Shown here in pieces: positions 1 through 17,160 of a stretch of 248,000 nucleotides of DNA (positions within the stretch are counted from its first letter, which is position 1; each line of letters opens with the position of its first letter). Both the position numbers and the translations under genes were made by a program. The notes under the pieces were generated by a model. That model searched no databases, had not been told where the DNA came from, and saw only the letters and a list, made by a program, of their open reading frames with translations. The DNA is from Hyalangium minutum (lineage in GTDB: Bacteria > Myxococcota > Myxococcia > Myxococcales > Myxococcaceae): NCBI RefSeq assembly GCF_000737315.1, contig NZ_JMCB01000013.1, positions 20,001-268,000 on the forward strand, written 5' to 3'.

Positions 1-2422
<2,422 letters not shown>

Positions 2423-2426
2423 TGGC

Positions 2427-4712
2427 TCAGGCCGGGACCTGCACGCCCGCCGGGAGATAGCCCTGGCGCTCCAGCCACAGCGCAAGGCCCTCGATGCTGT
2501 CCGGCTCCGGGAGCGGCTGGCCACTGTTCGGGTCCCACTCGCGGATCCGGTCCACGTCGTCACCGGCTTGCGGGAAGTGGCGATCATCCTCATCGCCCTC
2601 CAGCTCCACCTGATGGACGCCCTCCTCGATGAGCCGGTTCAGCTGATCCTCGGACAGCGTCTCCAGGTGCGCGACGAGCTGCTCGGGAGGAATGTTCAGC
2701 GCCTTGGCCACCTCCGCCAGCGCCGGGCCCGCGGGGAAGCCGTCACCGGTGTGGTTCGACAGCTCCTCGGCGAGCTTGGGCGACAGGCCCGCACCCTTGA
2801 GGAAGTCCTCCGCGGGGCCCTCGTGCTTGTTGGCCTCCTGCACGTGCGACCACTGCTGCAGGCCGAAGCCCACCGCGACCAGCACGCCCGCGGCGATCTG
2901 CCCCGCGACCGGCACCGCGTTGGAGAGCGCAGCCGCCGTCAGGATGGCCCCGCCCACCGCGGTGGCGGTGTAGCCCGCGCCGCCCACGTAGTCGCCGTTC
3001 TGGAAAGCCTCCGCCGCGCTGATGCCATCGAGCACCGCGCCCAGGCCTCCGAGCACGCCGGAGGCCCGGCCCGCCAGCGAGGAGATGGAGGCCGCCCGCC
3101 CCGCCACGCCGAGGATCGTCTCGTAGGCGCCGATCCCCGTCTCGAGCGCGCCGCTGATGGCGCCGATCTGATCCTTCAAGTCCAGCTCGTTCCAGTTGGC
3201 CAGATCGCCCGCCGCGCCGATCACCCCAAGCACCGTGGTGAACGCGCCGAAGGCTTGCCCGGCGCGGGTGCTCGGGTCGAGGAACTCCAGCTCCTCGGAC
3301 TGCGTGCGGATCTTGTCCTGGAGCCGCTGGATCTCCGCCGGGTCCGTGGCCGAGGCCAGCGCTGTCACGTCATCCGCCAGCGTCTGCAGCCTGGTGGGAT
3401 CCGTCCCGAGCAGAGCGGCGTGGGTCTTCAGGCCATCCAGCACCGCCTGCGAGCGCTCGGGGTGCACGGCGATGTGTAGGGTGGCGGACTTGAAGAGCGT
3501 CTCCGCCACGCCCTGCTGGAAGCCCACGAGGTCGGCGAAGCCCGCGGCCTCCGTCTCGTCGCTGGCGAGGTCCTTTACCTGCTCGTCGGTGAGGTTCTGC
3601 GCCAGGCCGTTCACCTGCTCGAGGAAGGAGGGCTCACCGCGGCCCTGCGCCTCCAGGGCCTGGGCGATGGCCTCGGAGCCCGCCTGGGTGTCACCCAGCC
3701 GCGGGAACACGTTCACCAGCGCCTTGTTGGCCTCTTCCTCCACGGCCTTCCGGTTCTCCTCGGACAGGCCCGAGGCCGCGCTGCCCTCGCTGGACAGCTG
3801 CGACACCGAGCTCAGCACCTGCGAGAACTCGGCGGCCTCGCGCTCCAGCGCGGCGTAGTCCTCCTGGTGGCGCTCCTTGAAGTCATCGACCGCGGCCTGG
3901 AGCTGCTCCGGGCTGAGCACGCCGCCATAGCTCTGCACCAGGTAGCCCAGCTCTTGATTGAGCTCGTCCACCTTGGCCTGCGCCTCCTCGAACTGGCTGC
4001 GCGCGGTGGAGATGCCCTGCGTCAGCACGTCGGTGAGCTCGTTGGCCGCCTGGGACTTACCCAGCTTGCCCAGCTCGGACACCACCGCCGTGGACAGGTT
4101 CAGCCCCAGCCCCTGCTCGGCGAGATCGTGGAGCGCATCGTCGAACTGGTTCAGGTCGCTCTGCTCCGGCAGGGCCTTGGCCAGAGACTCGCCGAGCTGC
4201 TGCGTCGCCTCGGAGCCGAGGATGTCCGTGGCCTTGGCGAGCGCGGTCAGCGTCTCCTGCGTCTGGCCATCGTCGTTCTCGGAGACGCGGCGGCCGAGAT
4301 CCGTGGCGATGTGATCGATCGTCTCCCGCGAGCCCTCGTAGAGCGCGGCCAGCGCCTCGGGATCCTCTTTGAGGGCCTCGGCCTCGCGCTGCAGAGTCTC
4401 GGCGGCGACGCGGGCGCGCTCGTCCGGAGACGCGTTCTCGTAAGCCTCATGGACACGCTCCGCCGCGGCGGCTCCGGGAGTGGAAGCAGCGGCCGGAGCC
4501 GCTGTATCGGAGGTGGCTGCATACGCGCGAGGGGCGAGGGTGGGGCTGAGCTCAACGGGGGCCTTGGCGCGGGCCGACTGGAAGGTGTCGGCGCGGGAAA
4601 TGGCGGGCGTGAGCGGGGGCGGCTTCACCGGCTCCGGGCGACGGAGCTCCTTCGGTGCTACCTGCTTCTGGATCGGTGGGGAACGGCGGGGGCTCTCGGA
4701 ACGGAGGGACAT
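2427..4712 (-). CDS. Hypothetical helical protein with low-complexity N-terminus and Gly/Ala-rich hydrophobic C-terminal segments
   Basis: Long ORF with GC3-biased codons; start taken at MSLRSESP. Confidence 0.7.
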   Translation of the reverse strand: MSLRSESPRRSPPIQKQVAPKELRRPEPVKPPPLTPAISRADTFQSARAKAPVELSPTLAPRAYAATSDTAAPAAASTPGAAAAERVHEAYENASPDERARVAAETLQREAEALKEDPEALAALYEGSRETIDHIATDLGRRVSENDDGQTQETLTALAKATDILGSEATQQLGESLAKALPEQSDLNQFDDALHDLAEQGLGLNLSTAVVSELGKLGKSQAANELTDVLTQGISTARSQFEEAQAKVDELNQELGYLVQSYGGVLSPEQLQAAVDDFKERHQEDYAALEREAAEFSQVLSSVSQLSSEGSAASGLSEENRKAVEEEANKALVNVFPRLGDTQAGSEAIAQALEAQGRGEPSFLEQVNGLAQNLTDEQVKDLASDETEAAGFADLVGFQQGVAETLFKSATLHIAVHPERSQAVLDGLKTHAALLGTDPTRLQTLADDVTALASATDPAEIQRLQDKIRTQSEELEFLDPSTRAGQAFGAFTTVLGVIGAAGDLANWNELDLKDQIGAISGALETGIGAYETILGVAGRAASISSLAGRASGVLGGLGAVLDGISAAEAFQNGDYVGGAGYTATAVGGAILTAAALSNAVPVAGQIAAGVLVAVGFGLQQWSHVQEANKHEGPAEDFLKGAGLSPKLAEELSNHTGDGFPAGPALAEVAKALNIPPEQLVAHLETLSEDQLNRLIEEGVHQVELEGDEDDRHFPQAGDDVDRIREWDPNSGQPLPEPDSIEGLALWLERQGYLPAGVQVPA

Positions 4713-4875
4713 AAGCTCGCTCTCGGGGGAGTGACTGCTCTCGAATTCCCAGTACGCAAGAAGGGGATATTCGGTTACAGGCACCCCAATCAGCCGAGAG
4801 GAGAGCAGATGTAGGTGAGAGGAATCCGACGAGTTTCCGAGGGCTTGGCCGTTCACCGGCGGCCTTGGCCGAATG

Positions 4876-6861
<1,986 letters not shown>

Positions 6862-6939
6862 GCGTGCCGCATCGAACCGGTCAGGTCACACCCCTGTCAA
6901 GCGCTCCTCCGGGTTCTGCTCCGAGTGAACCCTCGGCGC

Positions 6940-8394
6940 TCACGCCCCCTTGGGCGCGAGGTCCGGCGCGGCGCGCTCGCCCACGGGGATGGGGGCGGCC
7001 TCCTGGTAGTAGTCGCGCACCTGGTAGCCGCGCGCCATGAGCGCCATGCCCACGCCCGCCAGCGCCGCCAGCCCCGCGTAGAAGAAGAACTGCGCCGAGC
7101 CCGTGAAGATGTTGAGCGACGCGGCGATGGCCACCGCCACGTTGGCCAGCGTGGAGTTGAGCAGCCACAGGCTCTGCACCACGCTCTTCATCTCGCGCGG
7201 GGCCTGCGTGTAGGCGAACTCCAGGCCCGTGGTGGACACGAGGATCTCCGCCACCGTGAGTACAATGTACGGGAGGATCTGCCAGGCGATGTTGAGCTTC
7301 GTGCCGCCCTCGATGACGACCTGGTAGTAGCCGGCAACCACATACGAGAGCGCGCCGATCACCAGCCCCAGCGGCATGCGGCGCAGTGGGGTGAGCTCCC
7401 AGCCCATCTTCTGGAACGCGGGGTAGACCACGGCGGCGAGCACGGGGATGAGGATCATCACCAGCGCGGGGTTGATGAACTGCATCTGGCTGGCCTGGAA
7501 GGTGAAGTCGCCCACCTGCGGATCCATGGCCTTGGCCTGCACCACCCACGTGGAGGCCTTCTGATCGAAGAGCATCCAGAAGAAGGGGATGGTGGGCATC
7601 AGCAGCAGGTTGATGCGGAACACGGCGCGCACGCCCTCGATGGCCTCCTGGGGGTGATCCTTGCGCGCGGCCGACAGCCAGCCCTGGCCCGGTGTGCGCT
7701 CCTTGGGGTTGCGCAGCGCCGAGAGGACGACCTTGAGGAACGAGTGCGGGTTCTGTCCCGTGGGCGGGATCATCACGTAGTGATTCCGGCCAGCCCAGTA
7801 GATGACGGTGGCCACGAGCATCAGTGCGCCGGGAATTCCGAAGGCCACCGCGGGCCCGAACTTCTTGAGCGCCAGCGGGATGAAGAGCGAGGCGAAGAAC
7901 GAGCCCAGGTTGATGGACCAATAGAAGATGGCGAAGACCTTCTTCACCAGGTGCTTCTTCTCCGCGGTGAACTGGTCGCCCACCATGGCGGACACGCAGG
8001 GCTTGATGCCGCCCGAGCCCAGCGAGATGAGGAACAGGCCCGTGTAGAAGCCGTAGATGTTGTCCACGAAGAGCGCGAGGCAGAACTGGCCCACGCAGTA
8101 CAGCAGGCTCAGCCAGAAGATGACGCGGTACTTCCCGAGGAACCGGTCCGCCAGGTACCCGCCGAACAGCGGGAAGAAGTAGACCCCCGACATGAACAGG
8201 TGGAAGTGGGACTTGGCGGTGGCCTCCCGCATGGCCGGATCCGGGTTCACGTTCCTCAGCAGGTAGTCCATGAGGAACACCATGAGGATGTTCCGCATCC
8301 CGTAGAAGCTGAAGCGCTCGCAGATCTCCTGGCCGATGATGAAGGGGATCTGCGGCGGGAAGCGGTTGCTCGTCGCGGGGGTGGTCTCAGCCAT
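6940..8394 (-). CDS. POT/PTR family peptide:H+ symporter
   Basis: EICERFSFYG, GSGGIKPCVSAMVGDQF motifs. Confidence 0.92.
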   Translation of the reverse strand: MAETTPATSNRFPPQIPFIIGQEICERFSFYGMRNILMVFLMDYLLRNVNPDPAMREATAKSHFHLFMSGVYFFPLFGGYLADRFLGKYRVIFWLSLLYCVGQFCLALFVDNIYGFYTGLFLISLGSGGIKPCVSAMVGDQFTAEKKHLVKKVFAIFYWSINLGSFFASLFIPLALKKFGPAVAFGIPGALMLVATVIYWAGRNHYVMIPPTGQNPHSFLKVVLSALRNPKERTPGQGWLSAARKDHPQEAIEGVRAVFRINLLLMPTIPFFWMLFDQKASTWVVQAKAMDPQVGDFTFQASQMQFINPALVMILIPVLAAVVYPAFQKMGWELTPLRRMPLGLVIGALSYVVAGYYQVVIEGGTKLNIAWQILPYIVLTVAEILVSTTGLEFAYTQAPREMKSVVQSLWLLNSTLANVAVAIAASLNIFTGSAQFFFYAGLAALAGVGMALMARGYQVRDYYQEAAPIPVGERAAPDLAPKGA

Positions 8395-8454
8395 GCGGGG
8401 GCATCTCGGCGGAAATGTGGAGGTCCAAAGACGGGGCCCTTGTGCCTATCCCAG

Positions 8455-8670
8455 GGGTGAGGCTCGACACAACCCCCGGTGCCGGGAGGTTCAGCTCGGG
8501 CTGGGCGTGGCGACACTTTCGGGCTTGCTCGCTGGCGCCGGAGCCAGCGAGCGGCCCAGACAGTCCTGGTCCGGCAAGAGGGGTGGGGTCGCCCGAGGCC
8601 GGTACTCCCAGTGCCAGGGTTCAGAGCGCACCGTGCGTTTGATCTCGACTCCTGTCCGAGGGGACAGGAC
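8455..8670. ncRNA. Candidate structured non-coding element
   Basis: Perfect 10-bp stem GCTCGCTGGC/GCCAGCGAGC, 8-bp stem TCCTGTCC/GGACAGGA, and two similar GTGCC..GGTTCAG units in a 360-bp intergenic gap. Confidence 0.3.
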
Positions 8671-8753
8671 AGGGCTCTCGCGTACTTATTCCTATTTGAC
8701 AAAGGGCAGGGGAGTACGGGCCCGGCTGGCCGCCCGGTATTAGATAGGAGGGG

Positions 8754-9179
8754 ATGGACCTCACGAGACCCACGCCGACAGAGCCTGCCGTGACCGAGGT
8801 GGGGAGTCCGCGCGCCCGGTTCTTCTACAAGGTGCTCGGCTTCGTCTTCGTGGGGCTTGGGGTGCTGGGGGCGGTCTTGCCGCTGCTGCCCACCACGCCG
8901 TTCCTGCTCGTGGCGCTATGGGCCTTCTCTCGCAGCTCGCGCCGCTTCCACCACTGGCTGTACACGCACCCGCGCTTCGGGTCTCGGCTCCAGGAGTGGC
9001 ACGAGTACGGCATCGTGCCGGTCAAGGTGAAGGTGAGCGCCATCTCCGCGATGCTCGTGAGCCTGGCGCTCATGGTCTTCGTCATGCACGCGAAGTGGTA
9101 CGTGATTGCCACTTCGGGCGTGTTCATGCTCATCGGCGCCACGTACGTGCTCAGCCGTCCGAGCCGCCCGCGCTCCTGA
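8754..9179 (+). CDS. YbaN/DUF454 family membrane protein
   Basis: [11 protein letters not shown] and WLYTHPRFG motifs. Confidence 0.85.
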   Translation: MDLTRPTPTEPAVTEVGSPRARFFYKVLGFVFVGLGVLGAVLPLLPTTPFLLVALWAFSRSSRRFHHWLYTHPRFGSRLQEWHEYGIVPVKVKVSAISAMLVSLALMVFVMHAKWYVIATSGVFMLIGATYVLSRPSRPRS

Positions 9180-9247
9180 GCAGGGGAGCGGTGGGGTAGA
9201 CCCAAGTCTGGCCCAGGGATTACCTTCTCAGGGTCAGGAGTCCCGCC

Positions 9248-9829
9248 ATGCGTTCCCTTGATGCGCTTGAGTCCAGCCTGATTGCTCCAAGGCGCTTCAC
9301 GCTCGAGGAGTATCACCGCCTGCTCCATGTCGGAGTGCTCGGAGAGGATGAGCACGTCGAGCTGTTGGAGGGGCTCATCGTCGATATGGCACCGCAGGGC
9401 CGACCACACGCGCTGGCGATCTCTCGATTGACGGAGTTCTTCATGGCCGCGCGCAGGCCCGACTGCCGGGTTCGTGTTCAGCTGCCGCTCTCGCTTCGTG
9501 AGGACAGCGAGCCGGAGCCTGATCTGGCGGTCGTGACCCGCGAGGAAGAGGATCGGGCGCAGGAGCATCCCCACACCGCGCTTCTCGTGGTGGAGGTAGC
9601 AGCGGAGTCGCTGCGCGCCGACCGCTTGCTGAAGGGCCGGGTCTACGCGCGCGCTGGCATCCCCGAGTACTGGGTAGCGGATGTGGAGGGCAGGGTGGTG
9701 GAGGTCTACACCGCACCGGATGCCGTCCAGAACCGTTACCTGGGGATGCGCACTGTGGGAGCGGGCGAGTCGCTGGGCTCACCCGCCCTCCCTGGACTGG
9801 CTCTTCGCGTAGGCGAGCTTTTCGCCTGA
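9248..9829 (+). CDS. Uma2 family endonuclease
   Basis: EPEPDLAV, LVVEVA, YARAGIPEYW. Confidence 0.9.
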   Translation: MRSLDALESSLIAPRRFTLEEYHRLLHVGVLGEDEHVELLEGLIVDMAPQGRPHALAISRLTEFFMAARRPDCRVRVQLPLSLREDSEPEPDLAVVTREEEDRAQEHPHTALLVVEVAAESLRADRLLKGRVYARAGIPEYWVADVEGRVVEVYTAPDAVQNRYLGMRTVGAGESLGSPALPGLALRVGELFA

Positions 9830-9844
9830 GCCAGACCGCAGGTC

Positions 9845-12769
<2,925 letters not shown>

Positions 12770-12789
12770 ATTGGGCGCGTGCTCTAGCA

Positions 12790-12806
12790 CTGAAAGGGTG
12801 TTCCGT
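12790..12806. promoter_or_regulatory. Possible myxobacterial LexA-type box upstream of uvrA
   Basis: CTGAAAGGGTGTTCCGT versus recalled consensus CTRHAMRYBYGTTCAGS, about 3 mismatches. Confidence 0.3.
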
Positions 12807-12930
12807 TAGCGCACTTTCTGAAACTTGTGGCTGGAGTGTTCGGGAACAGCCCGGATTTCAAGGTGATTTCCAGCCGTACCGGTGGCCTCTGGGGCCCCAA
12901 GGCATTCCGCGTTACGGTGCGCGCACTTTC

Positions 12931-13845
12931 ATGAAGGGCTTCGACATCCCCGAGCGCTGGCGTGGCCTGCCGCTGCTCGTCTTCGCCAGCTTCCTCTTCG
13001 CCCTGATGGCGCTCTGCGCCCGCCTGCTCGCCGGTCTGCTCTCCGTGGGGCAGGTGGTGTGCGGCCGCTTCGTCGTCGGCCTGCTCTTCCTGGCCGTCTA
13101 CTACCCGGTCATGCGGCGCAAGCCTCGCTTCGGACGGCCCACCCTCTGGGCCCTGCGCGGCATCTTCGGCGGCGCCTCCGTCTACCTCTATTTCTATTGC
13201 ATCGAGCAGCTCGCGGTGGGGCCCGCTGTCCTCCTCAACGCCTGCTGGCCCATCTTCGGCTCCATCCTCGGCTTCTTCTTCCTGGACGAGCGCGTCAGCG
13301 GAAACCTGCTGGGCGGTCTCATCGCCGCCACCGTGGGCGCGGGGCTCGTCATCTGGGGCACCGCGCTGGAGATGCCCACGCTCTCGTTCGGCGTGGGCGC
13401 GGGGGCGGGTGTCCTCTCGGCCGTCTTCAGCGGCGCGGCCGTCGTCGCCATGCGCGCGCTGCGCAACGACACGGATGCGGCCACCGTCTTCCTGTCCTTC
13501 TGCGCCTTCGGCCTGCTGTTCGGCCTGCCGTTCGCGCTGGCGGACTGGCGGCCTCTCACCTCCTATACGGTGCTGGTGCTGGTGGCGCTGGGGCTCACCT
13601 CGGCGGCGGCGCAGATGATCTTCACCTACGCCATGGGCTACGTCACCACGGCCATGGGCGGCGTGGGCTCGCAGCTCACGCCTGTTTTCTCCTGGATGCT
13701 CGGGGCCTTTCTCCTCGCCGAGCCCGCGGCGCCGCTCGCGCTGCTCGGTGCGGCGGTGTGCGTGGGCGGTGTGCTCTGGGGCACAGGCATCTTGGGCAAG
13801 CTGCTCGCTCCAGCGCCCAAGCCCTCAGGCCGGCCCAGCACGTAG
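12931..13845 (+). CDS. DMT/EamA family transporter
   Basis: About 10 TM helices in two repeats. Confidence 0.85.
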   Translation: MKGFDIPERWRGLPLLVFASFLFALMALCARLLAGLLSVGQVVCGRFVVGLLFLAVYYPVMRRKPRFGRPTLWALRGIFGGASVYLYFYCIEQLAVGPAVLLNACWPIFGSILGFFFLDERVSGNLLGGLIAATVGAGLVIWGTALEMPTLSFGVGAGAGVLSAVFSGAAVVAMRALRNDTDAATVFLSFCAFGLLFGLPFALADWRPLTSYTVLVLVALGLTSAAAQMIFTYAMGYVTTAMGGVGSQLTPVFSWMLGAFLLAEPAAPLALLGAAVCVGGVLWGTGILGKLLAPAPKPSGRPST

Positions 13846-14048
13846 CGCGGTAAGAATTCTTCCGTCCACCGCCGAGCATTCCTGCAAAATTTTCCGCGAC
13901 GTGGGGTCTGGGTACTTTCTTTCCACACCCGGGCCGGGTTTTTACTCACGGTATCCGGCCCGTTTGCCTCGTTGACTCCTCGTCTCCTCCGAGTGGGCAT
14001 CAACGTTGCACATGCCTCTCCCGACGCAGGTTTCGGGAGGCGGCGATT

Positions 14049-17015
14049 ATGTGGGGACGTCGGTGGGTGGTCCTAACGGCGTGGGCATGCGTGGCGGCGA
14101 TGGTGGGGGGCTGTGATCGGCCCAGCTCGAACGGGCGAGGCGCGCGGGCGGCGTTCGCGGCGCGCCCCGAGCTGCTCGACTTCGGCCCTGCGGCCGTGGG
14201 CTCGACGAAGACGGTGAAGCTGAAGCTGGCCAATGGCGGCCGCGCCCCGGTGCGCATCGAAGGCGCGCTCTCCAGCGTGCCCAACGTAGAGGTTCCGCCG
14301 TTCGAGCCCTTCTCGCTGAGCGCGGGTGGGGAGACGGAGATCGAGGTCCACTTCACGCCGGAGGTGGAGGGCTCGGTCAAGGGCGTGGTGGAGATCTTCA
14401 CGGACGCGGATGCCTCTGAGAAGACGTCACAGGTGGCCTTCACGGGCTTGGGCGTGAATGCGCTGGTGGAGGTGAAGACGCCCTCGCTGGACTACGGCAA
14501 TGTGACGCTGGAGACCGTGGCCATTCGCGACCTGGTGTTGCGCAACCCCACGAGCGTGGACAGCTCGATGCGGCTGGAGCTGAGGGGGCCGGACGCCGAC
14601 CAGTTCTCCTCCACGATGACCGGCAAGGACGTGGTGCTGAAGGCGGGCCAGGACTGGACGCTGCCCGTGGGCTTCAAGCCCAACCGGCTGGGGACCGCGT
14701 CGGCGGAGGCCCGCGTGAAGGTGTGCGACACGTGTGAGCCCGTCGTCGTCCCGCTCACGGGCATGGGCGTGGCCGCCGAGCTGGAGATCTCCCCGGTGCG
14801 CCTGGACTTTGGCCGCGTGGCCGTGAACGCCACCGCCGAGCAGAGCATCATCGTGCGCAACCAGGGCAGCGCGCCCATGTCCTATACGGGCGCCAACATC
14901 GTCTCCAACGCGGGCGGCGTCTTCCGCGTGGTGAGCACGCCGCTGCCGCAGGGCAACACGCTCAAGCCGGGCGATGCCGCGGAGATCCGCGTGGCCTTCA
15001 CTCCGGCGGCGGTGGGCACCGCGCCCGAGGGCAAGGTGGAGATCCAGGTCCGCGCCTCCAACTCTTCCGCGCCCGTGCCCAAGGTGGCGCTGGCGGGCGA
15101 GGGGGGCTCTTCCTGCATCGGCGTGCAGCCCAGCCTGGTCGACTTCGGTGAAGTGGCCGAGGGCATGGCGGCCACCCGGCAGGTGCAGGTCTACAACCGG
15201 TGCCGCACCCAGGTGCTGGTGAGTGACTTGCAGATCGCCACCCAGCGCGGCGGCTACTTCTCGCTGGCCCAGGCACCGGCGAGCCTGCCCATCGATCCGG
15301 GCAAGTCCGCGCCGGTAGGCGTCACCTTCACGCCTCGGGCCGGGGCGGGGGATGGCGTGGCGCAGCTGTTCGTGACGGTGCGCCAGGGCGCCTCCACCTC
15401 CACCGAGGGCGTGGCGCTCAAGGGCTCCGGCAAGCTCTTCCCGCCGTGCCAGTACACGATGACGCCGCAGGTGCTGAACTTCGGCCGCGTGCCGGTGGGC
15501 TCGGAGGTGGCGCTCGGGGTGTCCTTGCGCAACACCGGTACTACCCCGTGCTTCCTGGCCTCCATGCAGCTTGCGGGTGGCTCGGATGCGGTCTTCAGTA
15601 CGGGGCGCGTGGAGAACACCGTGGTGCTGCCCGGCATGAAGGCTTCGCTGCTGGTGCACTTCAAGCCGGACGCGGCCGCCACCTTCGGCGGGCTGGCCGA
15701 GGCCTGGGTGAATCACCCCAGCGCGGGCCACCCCACCGTGACCGTGCAAGGCGAGGGCTCCACGGGCTGCTTCGCCGTGCAGCCCACCCACGTCGAGTTC
15801 GGCCTCGCCAAGCTCACCTGCGAGCCGCGCGCCAAGGAGCTCGTCGCCTATAACCGCTGCGCTGGCCCCGTCACCGTACAGAGCATGGTGTTGGAGCGGG
15901 ACACCGAGGAGATCTCCCTGTCCGAGTCGCCCCACTTCCCGCTCACGCTGGAGGCCAACCAGAGCTTCCGCATCCACGCCAAGTATGAGCCCACGGACGA
16001 GGGCGAGGATCTCGCGGCGCTGCGCTTCGATCTCGGCCAGGGTTCCGTCTACACCGCGAGCCTTGTCGGCCGGGGCGCCTCCAACGCCAACCAGGTGGAC
16101 TCTTTCATCCAGGAGTCCGCTGCCAAGGTGGACGTGCTCTTCGTGGTGGATAACTCGGGCTCGATGATGGAGGAGCAGCAGAGCCTGGGCGCCAACTTCG
16201 CGGCCTTCATGAGCGCGGCCACCGCTTCCGGCGTGGACTACCACATCGGTGTCACCACCACGGGCCTGGACTCTTCCTCGGGCGGCTGGTCGTCGTGCCC
16301 CGGCGGCGCCGAAGGTGGCGAGAGCGGCCGGCTCTTCCCGGTGAACGGCTCCTCGCCGCGCATCATCACCCCGCTCACGCCGAACGCCGCGGGCGTCTTC
16401 GCCACCAATACCCACGTGGGCGTGTGCCACTGGAACGAGCAGGGCCTCGAGGCTGCCTACCGCGCCCTGTCGGATCCGCTCCTGCACAGCCTGGACGATC
16501 CGCGCACCCCGCAGACCAGCGACGGCAACGGCGGCTTCATCCGCGACGAGGCGCGCCTGGCCATCATCTTCGTCACCGACGAGGAGGACTTCTCCAGCCA
16601 GCCGGTGCCCTTCTATGAGACGTACTTCAAGGCGCTGAAGAGCAATGATCCGGGCAAGCTGAGCGTCTCCGCCATCGCAGGCCCGGTGGATCTGTCCTCC
16701 TGCTCCACCGCGAGCAGCTCCGGCACCCGCTACATCCAGCTGGCCAATGCCACCGGCGGCGTGGTGGAGAGCATCTGCACCCCGAACTGGGCCGAGTCCC
16801 TCAAGAAGCTCTCGGACACCGCGTTCGGCCCGAAGCGCTCCTTCCCGCTGTCGGATGTGCCGGCGGACACGAGCCAGATTGTCGTGAGCGTCAACGGCGT
16901 CCAGATCACCTCGGGCTGGGTCTACGACGGGGCCAGCAACTCCATCGTGTTCGACCAGGGCGCCGCGCCGCCTCCGGGCGCCTACATCGAGGTGACTTAC
17001 CCCCTGGGTTGCTAG
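14049..17015 (+). CDS. Lipoprotein with repeated choice-of-anchor D/ASH Ig domains and C-terminal vWA domain (CglB-like)
   Basis: Lipobox VGGC; repeats LDFG.V.VG...L.N.G; MIDAS motif VVDNSGSM. Confidence 0.8.
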   Translation: MWGRRWVVLTAWACVAAMVGGCDRPSSNGRGARAAFAARPELLDFGPAAVGSTKTVKLKLANGGRAPVRIEGALSSVPNVEVPPFEPFSLSAGGETEIEVHFTPEVEGSVKGVVEIFTDADASEKTSQVAFTGLGVNALVEVKTPSLDYGNVTLETVAIRDLVLRNPTSVDSSMRLELRGPDADQFSSTMTGKDVVLKAGQDWTLPVGFKPNRLGTASAEARVKVCDTCEPVVVPLTGMGVAAELEISPVRLDFGRVAVNATAEQSIIVRNQGSAPMSYTGANIVSNAGGVFRVVSTPLPQGNTLKPGDAAEIRVAFTPAAVGTAPEGKVEIQVRASNSSAPVPKVALAGEGGSSCIGVQPSLVDFGEVAEGMAATRQVQVYNRCRTQVLVSDLQIATQRGGYFSLAQAPASLPIDPGKSAPVGVTFTPRAGAGDGVAQLFVTVRQGASTSTEGVALKGSGKLFPPCQYTMTPQVLNFGRVPVGSEVALGVSLRNTGTTPCFLASMQLAGGSDAVFSTGRVENTVVLPGMKASLLVHFKPDAAATFGGLAEAWVNHPSAGHPTVTVQGEGSTGCFAVQPTHVEFGLAKLTCEPRAKELVAYNRCAGPVTVQSMVLERDTEEISLSESPHFPLTLEANQSFRIHAKYEPTDEGEDLAALRFDLGQGSVYTASLVGRGASNANQVDSFIQESAAKVDVLFVVDNSGSMMEEQQSLGANFAAFMSAATASGVDYHIGVTTTGLDSSSGGWSSCPGGAEGGESGRLFPVNGSSPRIITPLTPNAAGVFATNTHVGVCHWNEQGLEAAYRALSDPLLHSLDDPRTPQTSDGNGGFIRDEARLAIIFVTDEEDFSSQPVPFYETYFKALKSNDPGKLSVSAIAGPVDLSSCSTASSSGTRYIQLANATGGVVESICTPNWAESLKKLSDTAFGPKRSFPLSDVPADTSQIVVSVNGVQITSGWVYDGASNSIVFDQGAAPPPGAYIEVTYPLGC

Positions 17016-17160
17016 CCCTGAGAGGGAAAACACGCAGGACCCTGGGGGCGTCCCGAGCGGGGCGTCCCCATCGTTATTTTCGCTTCTCACTGTTTCTGGA
17101 CAGACAGAGGAATTCTCCCTCGACATAGGGGTTGGCGCGCGGCAGTTTGAAAGGCGGTCA

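Noticed and set aside
8400-8750. Assignment as SRP RNA, RNase P RNA, tmRNA or a named riboswitch
   Set aside because: Diagnostic motifs are absent (no CAGGTCCGGAAGGAAGCAG, no GAGGAAAGTCC), so it is kept only as an unnamed candidate.
17040-17072. GGGGCGTCCC repeat pair as a REP family element
   Set aside because: I saw only one instance; a terminator-like hairpin explains it.
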